The notes beneath the pieces were generated by a model that was not told the DNA's origin, did no database searches, and saw nothing but the letters and a program-made list of their open reading frames with translations. The translations under genes and the position numbers were made by a program. From positions 1,792,001-1,856,000 of the forward strand of contig CAXXJJ010000001.1 of the NCBI GenBank assembly GCA_963667015.2: a stretch of DNA of 64,000 nucleotides, written 5' to 3'. Origin of the DNA: Desulfatiglandales bacterium (GTDB lineage Bacteria; Desulfobacterota; DSM-4660; Desulfatiglandales; HGW-15). Positions 38,282-47,722 of the stretch are shown piece by piece. How positions within the stretch are numbered: position 1 is the first letter of the stretch; each line of letters begins with the position of its first letter.

Positions 38282-40102
38282 TTAAAAAAGGTCAATGTTG
38301 TCCCCGAGATAATCCTCTTCGTTATTTTCAGGAGCATTTATATTTTCACTATCTGCATCTTTTTGAGATTCTGAAGATGCTGAGTCTTTTTTGAGTGCCT
38401 TGTTATGTATTCCTCTTTCTATTTCCATTGTATATCTTTCGCTTAGATGCTCAAGATCACTACCGGTAATGCTATCCTCCGGAATATATGGCGTAATTTT
38501 TTCTATGATTTTATTGATGTTTTTTCGCTGGCTGGAGAGAGTGTCTTCCATGCTCCTGAGAAATTCCAGTTCTGATTCCAGGTGGAATATCTTTGCTCTG
38601 AGCAGTTTTGACTGTTCGACAGACAGAGAGGATTTTTGCATAAAATCGTTATATACAGCCGATATCATGTCGACACTGTTCGAAAGATTATCCTTATGCA
38701 TCTCATCATCGTGTAGATGGTCATCTTTTTCTTCAGAAAGATGTTTCAGGTTTGCTGTGAGTTCACCGATTGCCTTTAAAATCTCCACAACATCAAGAAC
38801 AAAATCATTTGAATCAAGTGACACCGCTGTGACATCTTCAGCCAATACGGATAAGGTTTTACCCTCCGCTCCCAGTCTTTTGGACATGATAAGTGCATTT
38901 ATTGCCTTAATATGCAGGTCCATGCCGATATCTTCCATTTCTGTAAGATGGCCGGCCAGATTTTCAGCCGACGCTGCCGACTGTCTGAGGTTTCGGTCTA
39001 TCATTCCTGCCATTTCCCTGCCCTGTGATATGATTTTATCCAGTTGATTCAGGCCGGATATCAGTTGTTCGAAAGGATTTCCTGTATATTGGGTACCATC
39101 AGTGTTTTCACTGAGGTCGATCATCCCGTTAACGAGACTTTCAACCTCGTTGCCTATTTCATGGAAGGATCTCTGTATCTTGTTATGGGCATCATGTATT
39201 TCTCTGGTAACCTGATTTATCTGTTCAGCCTGCAGGCTTAATATGGAATAGGCTTTTGCCAGTGAGACTGTCTGATTTTCATTGGAAATAGATTCACCAT
39301 CCGTATCTTCAATAAAAAAAGAACTGACTTCTTTAAGGGTCTCAACGACATGTTCAATCTGCTGTCGTACTATGTCATGAAACTGTATAGCTACAACCAC
39401 TTCACCGACCAGGGAAGATATCTTTTTTGAATGTATTTCTGCACGGCGCATTGTTTTTAATGCCAGCTTAATCAGGCCTTCCATGTGGTGAACATTGTCT
39501 TCAACAGAGCGATGCGCATTGTCAGCCAGAGAATTTAATATTTCTTTTCTTTCTGCAATGCTTGAAAAGTCGGCGATCTGGCTTGTTTTGGCCTTTTCAG
39601 AATCATCGCGGATTTTTACGGAGATTTCATGAACTTTGCCGGCAAGCTGTTTTATTTCCTCCACAAAAAAGTTGAACATTTCTTCGCATTCTCTACTCCT
39701 GCTGCTCTCCATTGATATATGAAGAGCGACGATGTTCAATTTTTTAGCAATCGTTCTGATAACAGGGCACATATCATAAAGCCGCTTTAGATTAACTGAA
39801 CAAGTTTCAACCTTGGGTAATATATTTGAAACATCCTCTTTGCTGGCGTTCAGTCTGGAGAGTGATGAGCGGGAAAAATCACCTATATTGCTAAGAATAT
39901 TGTCGTTGGACTCACCATCTATCAGCATCGCAGTTTCTCTGCTAAGCTCAGTAAGCCCTTCGGCGCCTGAGTATATATCCTGCAGACTGTTTCCAAGATT
40001 TACAAATTGCGGTTCACTTTCTGTTGACACCTCTACCAGAGGTGTTTCGAGTTCAGATATCCTGATTAAAGTCTCCTGGATTATCCGGGATATTTCATTC
40101 AT
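38282..40102 (-). CDS. Atypical soluble MCP-like coiled-coil protein
   Basis: Two degenerate MA hairpin tips (LNIVALHISMESSR; LHIKAINALIMSKRLGAEG), IQFHDIVRQQIEHV, RYTMEIER..H, C-terminal DNIDLF. Confidence 0.8.
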   Translation of the reverse strand: MNEISRIIQETLIRISELETPLVEVSTESEPQFVNLGNSLQDIYSGAEGLTELSRETAMLIDGESNDNILSNIGDFSRSSLSRLNASKEDVSNILPKVETCSVNLKRLYDMCPVIRTIAKKLNIVALHISMESSRSRECEEMFNFFVEEIKQLAGKVHEISVKIRDDSEKAKTSQIADFSSIAERKEILNSLADNAHRSVEDNVHHMEGLIKLALKTMRRAEIHSKKISSLVGEVVVAIQFHDIVRQQIEHVVETLKEVSSFFIEDTDGESISNENQTVSLAKAYSILSLQAEQINQVTREIHDAHNKIQRSFHEIGNEVESLVNGMIDLSENTDGTQYTGNPFEQLISGLNQLDKIISQGREMAGMIDRNLRQSAASAENLAGHLTEMEDIGMDLHIKAINALIMSKRLGAEGKTLSVLAEDVTAVSLDSNDFVLDVVEILKAIGELTANLKHLSEEKDDHLHDDEMHKDNLSNSVDMISAVYNDFMQKSSLSVEQSKLLRAKIFHLESELEFLRSMEDTLSSQRKNINKIIEKITPYIPEDSITGSDLEHLSERYTMEIERGIHNKALKKDSASSESQKDADSENINAPENNEEDYLGDNIDLF

Positions 40103-40186
40103 TTGTTACCTCTGTCGCTTGATAATGATATTTCACCCTGTGAAGCCTTTCTCTTTTTTCATTTTGTATAATTGTGCTAATGTGCA

Positions 40187-40651
40187 TCAGTTTAAAGCCG
40201 CATCGATTATGTTGTTCCCATGAATATTTTTTTCCATAAGCTGGATAATTTTTTTAAGGACAACAGTAACATCACTGAGATCACTGTCCGCATAGCTTAG
40301 GAATCTGGGATGAAGCTTATGGCCCATTGAAACAGTTTCTTCTGTCCTGTCAGGAAGTATAAGTATTATACGGATATCTTTAAGCAGGTTTTTCAGATTA
40401 AAAAGCGAGCGAAGATCATAAATATCCTCGGCAAGGATGATAGCCGCGCAATTAATGCGTACAAACTGACGAAGTCTTTCGGATAGATCTTCAGTGGTAT
40501 AATATATCTCAAGGTTTTCTTCAGGGAACTCTGTCTCAATGATTGCCTGGAGTTTCTCCGCAACGGTATTTTGGAGTGGTCTGTAGTATAACAAGGTCAT
40601 AGATTTGTTCTCCCTTTCAATAAATCCTCTTATCGGTTGCATTTCAGACAT
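40187..40651 (-). CDS. Hypothetical protein, degenerate receiver-like domain (start may be MTLLYY at ~40600)
   Basis: alpha/beta pattern, IRIILILPD...GHKLHPRFLSY; no clear acidic pocket. Confidence 0.6.
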   Translation of the reverse strand: MSEMQPIRGFIERENKSMTLLYYRPLQNTVAEKLQAIIETEFPEENLEIYYTTEDLSERLRQFVRINCAAIILAEDIYDLRSLFNLKNLLKDIRIILILPDRTEETVSMGHKLHPRFLSYADSDLSDVTVVLKKIIQLMEKNIHGNNIIDAALN

Positions 40652-40680
40652 TATTCATTGTGATACATAGTTACTCCTAT

Positions 40681-40696
40681 ACCAAGAATTGTGCCA
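40681..40696 (-). promoter_or_regulatory. Putative sigma-54 promoter of the chemosensory operon
   Basis: TGGCACAATTCTTGGT: consensus -24 box, with GG instead of GC at -12. Confidence 0.55.
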
Positions 40697-40771
40697 AAGG
40701 TTAGTTATTGTAAAAAATCAGTAATAACAGTAATATAAATGGAATAAAGGGTGGAGGAGGAATATGGGATA

Positions 40772-40828
40772 ATCTAAAAAAACTGGATAATGTCCAGTAA
40801 AATAAGACGTTGTCCAGTGGTTTTGGAC
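40772..40828. promoter_or_regulatory. Three tandem 17-bp palindromic sites, putative enhancer (UAS)
   Basis: ATCTA-N7-TGGAT, GTCCA-N7-AAGAC, GTCCA-N7-TGGAC at an exact 20-bp period, ~75-130 bp upstream of the sigma-54 motif. Confidence 0.65.
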
Positions 40829-40904
40829 GGTTTTGAGAATGTATAAGAGGTTCGGGTGACTTAGCAAAGAATGACTGAAACTTATAAATGATAGCTGTTA
40901 AATA

Positions 40905-42323
40905 TCAATATGCGCGTGAGATGCCGTATGTCTTCATCAAACCATATAAGCGTGCTCTGCCCAGGCCGGCGATTCGACAGGCTTCTTTAATGTCTCCCTT
41001 TGTAACTGAAAGCAGTTCCCGAAGATATTTTTTTTCATTTTCATAAATAATATTTTCCCTGAATTCCTTTATAGTGGGAATTACCTGAGATAAGGTCCTG
41101 TTACTTTTAATATTCTCACTACTGATAATTTTATAAGGGTTATCGGATATAGTTGAACGGGCTAAATTTATCCGAATCTGGTCGGACAGGTGTTTCGGGA
41201 ACAGGGTAGGCTCATATCGGGCCTTGCTTATAGCACCTTCCAGCGCATTAACAAGTTCTCTCACATTCCCCGGCCAGTTGTAGACTTCAAGTGTTTTGAT
41301 AAATTCGGGAGAAAATCCTTTTGTACCAATCCTTTCACGTTCACAGGATTTGCTGATAACGTGCATGGCAAGCTCTTTTATATCCTGAACCCTCTCCCTC
41401 AGGGGGGGCAGACAGATGGGGAGAGACTGTATTCGAAACAGGAGATCCTGTCTGAATTTATGCTCTGTAATCATTTGATCAAGGTTTCGGTTTGTCGCCG
41501 CGACAAGTCTGAAATCACTTTTGATTTCCTCTTTTCCTCCAACAGGCCTGAATTTCCTTTCCTGCAGCACCCTCAGAAATGTTTTCTGAACAGATATCGG
41601 GAGTTCACCTATTTCATCAAGAAAAAGGGTGCCGTTGTCTGCCTGTTTTATGAGTCCTTCTTTATCACGATCAGCACCTGTAAATGCTCCTCTTACATGG
41701 CCAAAGAGCGTGCTTTCCACAAGTGTCTCGGGAAGTGCTGCGCAGTCAACAATAACAAAGTTGTTATCTCTGCGGGAGCTGTTGTCGTGTATTGCCGAGG
41801 CAAAAAGCTCTTTGCCCGTTCCTGTCTCACCGGTGATAAGGACATTTACGTCACTTAAGGCCGCCTGGGCCACCTGGTCAAGACAGTGCCTGATCTTTGC
41901 ACATTCACCGATAATGCCTTCCCTCTTTAATACAATAGAGCTGCTCGCAACCTTTTTTTCTTCCCTGTACTGGAGCGCCCTTGTGAGGGGAAGGGTCATG
42001 CTTTCAATAGAGAGGGGTTTTTCAATATAATCCCATGCACCGTTTTTTATTGCCAGTTCCGCGCCATCAGGATCTCCTTCCCCGGTCATTATTATGACCT
42101 CAGGATAGGAAGGATTACTCCTTAGTTTTGGAAGCAGACTGAGGCCGTTTCCATCCGGCAGGTTCACATCAAGGAGTATTACATCAAATGATTGGGTAAG
42201 TGCCTTTGCCTGGCCATCAATAATCGAATAGACGTATTCTGATTCATGGCCCATTCGGTTTATTGCCGCATGCAGTGATGTACAGATTGCCTTATCATCA
42301 TCAATTATTAATATTTTCGCCAT
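40905..42323 (-). CDS. Sigma-54-dependent response regulator (NtrC/AtoC family)
   Basis: Receiver, GETGTGKE, GAFTGA, LFLDEIG, WPGNVREL, Fis-type HTH. Confidence 0.96.
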   Translation of the reverse strand: MAKILIIDDDKAICTSLHAAINRMGHESEYVYSIIDGQAKALTQSFDVILLDVNLPDGNGLSLLPKLRSNPSYPEVIIMTGEGDPDGAELAIKNGAWDYIEKPLSIESMTLPLTRALQYREEKKVASSSIVLKREGIIGECAKIRHCLDQVAQAALSDVNVLITGETGTGKELFASAIHDNSSRRDNNFVIVDCAALPETLVESTLFGHVRGAFTGADRDKEGLIKQADNGTLFLDEIGELPISVQKTFLRVLQERKFRPVGGKEEIKSDFRLVAATNRNLDQMITEHKFRQDLLFRIQSLPICLPPLRERVQDIKELAMHVISKSCERERIGTKGFSPEFIKTLEVYNWPGNVRELVNALEGAISKARYEPTLFPKHLSDQIRINLARSTISDNPYKIISSENIKSNRTLSQVIPTIKEFRENIIYENEKKYLRELLSVTKGDIKEACRIAGLGRARLYGLMKTYGISRAY

Positions 42324-42389
42324 TGGTTAATTTCTTTTTTGAGGTTTTATATATTAATAAATCATCTCGTTGGAACGTATTGTTTTTAT

Positions 42390-42405
42390 AGCATGTTTCG
42401 TGCCA
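42390..42405 (-). promoter_or_regulatory. Sigma-54 promoter upstream of the EBP gene
   Basis: TGGCACGAAACATGCT = GG-N10-GC. Confidence 0.7.
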
Positions 42406-42676
42406 ATGCCCTCTGCCAAAACCCTTATGGGGCATGGTTTTGGCGATAAGATGCCATCAAATGACTCAAAATGTTCTGTTTCCCGTGTATGCCGGGAATT
42501 CTGAAGAAATAACAGCCGAAACAGGAAGTAATCTTCAGGTGAAAAACAGGGTTTCAGACCCTGAATCCGGCTTTTATAATTCGGAAAATGACAAAATCAA
42601 GAGGCCTTCCTGTATGGTTGTCAGATTATTGACAATATTTGCTGTTTTTAGGGTGTGTTAGATAATGATATTAATA

Positions 42677-44794
42677 TCAAGTGGTTATCTCTGGTGAAGT
42701 GGCAAGGATAGTCTTAATTAGGTGATGTTCAGGCTGCCTGAGATCAGGATCTGCCCTGAAAATGCTTTTTGCCATATCTCCGGCCCTTTTAAACAGGTCA
42801 TGGTGGTTGAGTATGTCGCTTATCTCAAACTCACTGAAACCGGATTGCCTTATGCCGGTTATTTCCCCATATCCCCGGAATTCCATATCTTTTTTTGCAA
42901 TCTCAAAGCCGTCCTGACATTCTGTCATTACTTCAAGTCTATTCCGGGTCTTTTCCGACGGGTTTTCCTGTGATACCAGTATACATGTGCCTCCTTTGCC
43001 GTCCCTTCCTATCCTTCCGCGCAGCTGGTGAAGCTGGGCAAGACCAAGGCGTTCAGGGTGTTCAATAATCATAAGGGAAGCCTTTGGTACATGGATACCT
43101 ACCTCAATTACCGTTGTTGCAACAAGAACATTTATTTTACCTTCCCTGAAATCCTTCAAAGTGCATTCCTTTGTAACCGGATCCTGCTGACCATGGATAT
43201 ACTCCACTCTGCATGTATTGCTCAGTATTTTCCTGAGACTTTCTGTCATTTCAACGACATTCTTCAACTCCATATTTTCAGACTCATTAATAAGAGGGCA
43301 TATGATATAAATCTGACGTCCGTCTGATATATTTTTAGTCAGTATGTCAAAAATCCATCGTTTTTTCGACCTTTCAACAAGTACAGTAGAAACCGGGGTG
43401 CGTTTACCCGGATACTGGCTTATTATTGAAAGATCCCTGTCCCAGTAAAGGGTTATGGCAATTGTCCTTGGGATTGGAGTAGCAGACATGGACAGGACAT
43501 GGGTGTTTTCTCCCTTTCCAATTATTGTTGATCTCTGCCTTACACCGAATCTATGCTGTTCATCTATAATAGCCAGGCCCAGTTTGCGAAATTTCAATCT
43601 GTCCTGGATTAATGCATGGGTGCCAATGATAATATTGTATATGCCGTTTTTAATATCACTGTAGAAATTTTCCCTGGCAGATTTGTTCAGGTTGCCGGTC
43701 AGGAGAACCGGTTTAAATCCCATTTCGGGGGAAAGTGTCTTAAAATATTCCAGGTGCTGTTCCGCAAGCAGTTGAGTGGGGGCCATCAGGGTCGCCTGGA
43801 GATCATTTTTAATAACCATCCAGGCAGCAGCAACTGCGATCAGTGTCTTTCCTGTCCCGACATCCCCCATAATAAGTCTGTTCATAGGGTGTCCGCTTAC
43901 CAGATCTTCACGGATTTCCTTTATGGTTTTTAACTGGTCTTTCGTAAGGTCAAATGGAAAGAAACCCTCAATTTCCTTGAACGCTTTTTCATCTATTTCC
44001 AGGGGAGGGACTGTGATCTTTGTTCTTTGATGTTTTTCATGTACCACCCTGAGCATCATGTTGAAAAAGCGGTCGAACAGTATTCTTTTATGAAATGCGG
44101 TATCAGCATCTCTAAGAAGATTAATGTCCATTTCTGCCCCGGGGAAGTGCAGATGTCTTATTGCCTCTCTGAGACTGGGTAAATTTTCATTTTCGAGCCA
44201 TTTGACCGGTACAGGATCAATTAAGAGATCCAGATACTCATCAAGGGAGTTTTTTATTATTGATCTTAATATCCTGTTTGATACTCCATCAATGGCAGGG
44301 TAAACGGGTAAAAGTGCAGGGGTTTCTTTCTTTTCATCAGAAATAGAAACATCAGGATGATACATCTGTATCCTGTTTCCATTATATTTTACAGTCCCAT
44401 AGGCTGATATCTCCTGTCCTGGCATACAGATTGATGAAAAATATGCCTTGTTAATATTGAACCAGACAAGTTCAAGCCTGCGCACACCTTCGCTGATTAA
44501 TATTTTGTAGAGTTTTTTTCTGGCCCTTAAGAGCTTCTCTTCTCCTGACCATACGACCTCGCCCTTTACAAAGGCGGGTTTTCCATCCGCAAGACTGTCA
44601 AAGGGCCGGGTTTTCGATCTGTCCTCGTAATCTCTTGGTATAAAATAGAAGAGATCAAGTACGGTATATATACCTTTCCCTGCGAGGAGTTTGGCCCTTT
44701 TAGGCCCCACGCCCTTCAGGTCTGAGACGGGTATGCCTGAAAAATCATTTACTATCGAGGAAATAGCAGGTGAGGGATCATTCTTTCCAGCCAT
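42677..44794 (-). CDS. recG: ATP-dependent DNA helicase RecG
   Basis: LKGVGPK, MNRLIMGDVGTGKT, IIDEQHRFGV, SATPIPR, QLHQLRGRIGR. Confidence 0.95.
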   Translation of the reverse strand: MAGKNDPSPAISSIVNDFSGIPVSDLKGVGPKRAKLLAGKGIYTVLDLFYFIPRDYEDRSKTRPFDSLADGKPAFVKGEVVWSGEEKLLRARKKLYKILISEGVRRLELVWFNINKAYFSSICMPGQEISAYGTVKYNGNRIQMYHPDVSISDEKKETPALLPVYPAIDGVSNRILRSIIKNSLDEYLDLLIDPVPVKWLENENLPSLREAIRHLHFPGAEMDINLLRDADTAFHKRILFDRFFNMMLRVVHEKHQRTKITVPPLEIDEKAFKEIEGFFPFDLTKDQLKTIKEIREDLVSGHPMNRLIMGDVGTGKTLIAVAAAWMVIKNDLQATLMAPTQLLAEQHLEYFKTLSPEMGFKPVLLTGNLNKSARENFYSDIKNGIYNIIIGTHALIQDRLKFRKLGLAIIDEQHRFGVRQRSTIIGKGENTHVLSMSATPIPRTIAITLYWDRDLSIISQYPGKRTPVSTVLVERSKKRWIFDILTKNISDGRQIYIICPLINESENMELKNVVEMTESLRKILSNTCRVEYIHGQQDPVTKECTLKDFREGKINVLVATTVIEVGIHVPKASLMIIEHPERLGLAQLHQLRGRIGRDGKGGTCILVSQENPSEKTRNRLEVMTECQDGFEIAKKDMEFRGYGEITGIRQSGFSEFEISDILNHHDLFKRAGDMAKSIFRADPDLRQPEHHLIKTILATSPEITT

Positions 44795-45425
44795 GGGCGC
44801 CTATTAAATCTACAAAGCGGCATCCGCCATGTTTAACTGCTCTGTAACTGTTTTTCACCTTGACGATCTCGATCAGTTCCTGACTTGTTTTGCCGCCAAC
44901 CGGCACTACCATTCTGCCGCCTTCTGCAAGCTGTTCAACAAGGTGTTCAGGGATCTGTGGCGCCCCGGCTGTTACAATAATGGCGTCAAAGGGGGCATAT
45001 TGCTGCCATCCCAGCGTTCCGTCATAATACTTGAACAGGATATTGGTATAGTCCAGGGAATTTAACAGATACCTTGCCTTTTCCATCAAAGGGCGAATCC
45101 GTTCTATGGTGTAGACCTTTTCTGCCAGTTCAGCCAGGATGGCCGTCTGGTAGCCGCTTCCGGTTCCTATTTCAAGCACCTTTTCTGTGCCCTTGAGTTT
45201 TAAAATCTGTGTCATCAGGGCAACAATATAGGGTTGTGATATTGTCTGTTTGTGACCGATAGGCAGCGGGTGATCACTGTATGCCTCACCTGCTATGGCC
45301 TCTTCAATAAAAACGTGCCGGTGAACCTTTGCTATGGCTTGCAGTACACGGTTATCAGTTATTCCCTTTGGAATAAGCTGGTTTTTTATCATTCTTTCAC
45401 GTGCGTGTCTGTAATCGTGATTCAT
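44778..45425 (-). CDS. pcm: Protein-L-isoaspartate O-methyltransferase
   Basis: QTISQPYIVA, VLEIGTGSGYQ, APFDAIIVTAG. Confidence 0.96.
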   Translation of the reverse strand: MNHDYRHARERMIKNQLIPKGITDNRVLQAIAKVHRHVFIEEAIAGEAYSDHPLPIGHKQTISQPYIVALMTQILKLKGTEKVLEIGTGSGYQTAILAELAEKVYTIERIRPLMEKARYLLNSLDYTNILFKYYDGTLGWQQYAPFDAIIVTAGAPQIPEHLVEQLAEGGRMVVPVGGKTSQELIEIVKVKNSYRAVKHGGCRFVDLIGAHGWKE

Positions 45426-45734
45426 TCAGGCTCCGATTCGGTTTCGTGGCTGATAGCTGAAAAAATTAATCTAGTTTCACTCAAGTTACTGTCCTTATTC
45501 TGTTTTTTATCAATTTACAGATAAATTTCTTCTTATCACATAAATCTGTTTCTAAACAAGTCAAATGACAATAATATTTTGAGTAAATGATGGAGAAAGC
45601 TGACTCACTTTGGGTCAAAAAAAGCATTTTATAAAATCCGCTGCATCTTTCCAGATGATATTTTTTGCCGCCTGAATTTCGATTCAGGCAGCAAGGCAAC
45701 CAAACAGCTCAATATCAGCATCTCTCAACTAATT

Positions 45735-47150
45735 TTAATTGACTGATAATACAGTTTCCCGGGCTGAAAGTGTCAGTTTGGCCTGGAAGATGTTGCTATT
45801 CATTTCATCAAGTATTTCACTGTAATATTTTCTTTTACTGTCATTCCATGAATAGCAGAAGGCCTTGTAGATATTTTTTTCGGCCTTTGCAATATCTCCC
45901 AGTTTCATATAGGTGCAGGCAAGCCCGTAGTAGAACTGGTCTTCATCATCCATAAGCCTGATAGACTCCAGGTAGTGTTTTTCCGCTTTTTCATATTGAG
46001 CATCCTCATAGGCTGTTCTGGCTAATGAATAGTGGTAATAAGGATTTTCGTTTTTGAGTTTCAACAGGAGGGATCTGTAGAGTTCGGTTTTGTCATTTTT
46101 GCCGGTTCTTTCGTAAAGATTTATCAGGTTGTTTAATATTGTCAGTCTGCTGTTGTCCAGTTTATCGCATTTAACTGCAAATCCCTGAAGATATGCATCT
46201 TCTGCCACTTTATTCTGGCCGCTGAGCCTGTAGGTAACACCAAGGTTTGCCCATGCAAAACTGAGTTCAGGATCGATCTTAAGCGCCTTTACAAAATATT
46301 GATAGGCTGCTGGACGATTTCCTTCTGCCATATACTTGCTTCCACTATTATTATAATGCTGCGCAAATGCACGGTTATCGGATACAGGTGTAAAATGAGC
46401 GGGATTTAATATATCTACAGGCGTCAGTTTCGAACTGGAGACCGAAAATTTTAAAGAACCGTCTGATTCCTTACTGGCCTCGCCAAGCTGGACAATCTCC
46501 AGCTGTATCACCTTTTTCAGCGACTCAGATAGGGTCACTGCAGCCCCGATATGTCGCGAGACATAAAGGACTTCTTCATCTTTTTTCCAGTTCGGTGATG
46601 TGGGTATCTCTATATATTGCGCCTTCAGCCCCACATACCTGGCCGCTGCAACAAAAAGATTAGTGAATGAAAGACAGTTGGCTGTCCCGGTATCAAATGC
46701 CTCCTGAGCAGTTTTAACATCATATATATCTATACCACTTACCGAGTCACGTTTGACCTTTTTAAAAAGGACGTCTTTGAGGGCTTCAAATCGTTTTTTC
46801 GGATCCGGGATTTTTGCAACCTTATTATCAAGTAAAGCGGTTGTTTTAGAGTCCAATGCCAGAATGTCTACATTCGGAATGGTTTCATCAACAGATTCAG
46901 GGAATATTTCTGCACCGGCGGAAGCCTGATAGGCCGGAAACCGATCGATTGAAACAGTTTTGACACTTTGAAGAGGCACGGAAGCACAGGCGGAAAGAAA
47001 GAATGTTAATAGAATAAACGGGATAAATCTAACAGGTGTATTGGTGCTTACAACCGGATAAAGAAGTCCCCTTACGAATGACGTTAATCCGTTATATATA
47101 TGCAGACACATTATGTACAATCTCCAAAAAAAAAGTATTCGGGTTTTCAA
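45735..47150 (-). CDS. Transglutaminase-like + TPR lipoprotein (true start probably downstream of the ORF start)
   Basis: Lipobox LSAC, ANCLSFTNLFVAAAR..GL with a Cys-x-His pair, several TPRs (AWANLG, YYGLA). Confidence 0.75.
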   Translation of the reverse strand: MKTRILFFWRLYIMCLHIYNGLTSFVRGLLYPVVSTNTPVRFIPFILLTFFLSACASVPLQSVKTVSIDRFPAYQASAGAEIFPESVDETIPNVDILALDSKTTALLDNKVAKIPDPKKRFEALKDVLFKKVKRDSVSGIDIYDVKTAQEAFDTGTANCLSFTNLFVAAARYVGLKAQYIEIPTSPNWKKDEEVLYVSRHIGAAVTLSESLKKVIQLEIVQLGEASKESDGSLKFSVSSSKLTPVDILNPAHFTPVSDNRAFAQHYNNSGSKYMAEGNRPAAYQYFVKALKIDPELSFAWANLGVTYRLSGQNKVAEDAYLQGFAVKCDKLDNSRLTILNNLINLYERTGKNDKTELYRSLLLKLKNENPYYHYSLARTAYEDAQYEKAEKHYLESIRLMDDEDQFYYGLACTYMKLGDIAKAEKNIYKAFCYSWNDSKRKYYSEILDEMNSNIFQAKLTLSARETVLSVN

Positions 47151-47722
47151 AAGACGCCGAATACTTCAGTTCAACTGGAGAAAGCCAATGTCTGACGAGC
47201 AAATTCAATATCCGATAATGCCTGTTGGATATTGTTCTCAGCCTAATTCGAAAACCTTATATTAGCTACTTCCGATCATTACGGTACTCCTACCTAAGTG
47301 TTTTTAAAACATCCGAAACAGAATACTTCCAATAAATCAGGAGCTAAAACTATTAATTCAATCGGCTTCAAATACGTTATAGTTAAAGAAAAAACAATAT
47401 TTTCCTGAGAAATAGATAAAAAAAAGGAGAAATTTACAGGGTTTTTTAATCGCCCAGCCTGAATGATGATACACTTTTCTATGTATTTTTATGGCTCCTG
47501 ACAGGTATGGATATGTTCTTATTTGTCCCTGGTCCGCTGCCATTTGCATTAAGGAGCGAGGTCGATTTTCTGCAAGCGATCTTTTAAGGTTTTAAATTGC
47601 CTATTGATTAAGTGTGACTCAAGAAATGTTGTTTAAAATTTATTGACACAAAAATCTATCCCTCATATCCTCTACTCCCCAAAAGGGAAGTGCTCATTAA
47701 ATCTAAAGATACCGGGTATTAA

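Noticed and set aside
28685..42030. Many antisense ORFs over che and EBP genes (e.g. 38391-39047, 41190-41858, 34835-35404)
   Set aside because: Shadow frames of well-supported genes on the opposite strand
42430..42661. Plus-strand GG-N10-GC motif and 75-aa ORF
   Set aside because: The motif overlaps the ORF's own start, there is no RBS and the peptide has no recognisable features
45661..45695. Hairpin GCCTGAAT-ttcg-ATTCAGGC as an intrinsic terminator
   Set aside because: No U-tract follows the stem on either strand, so the function is unclear
47151..47722. Long intergenic region and ORF 47358-47549
   Set aside because: No recognisable RNA motif or protein family; most likely divergent promoter space
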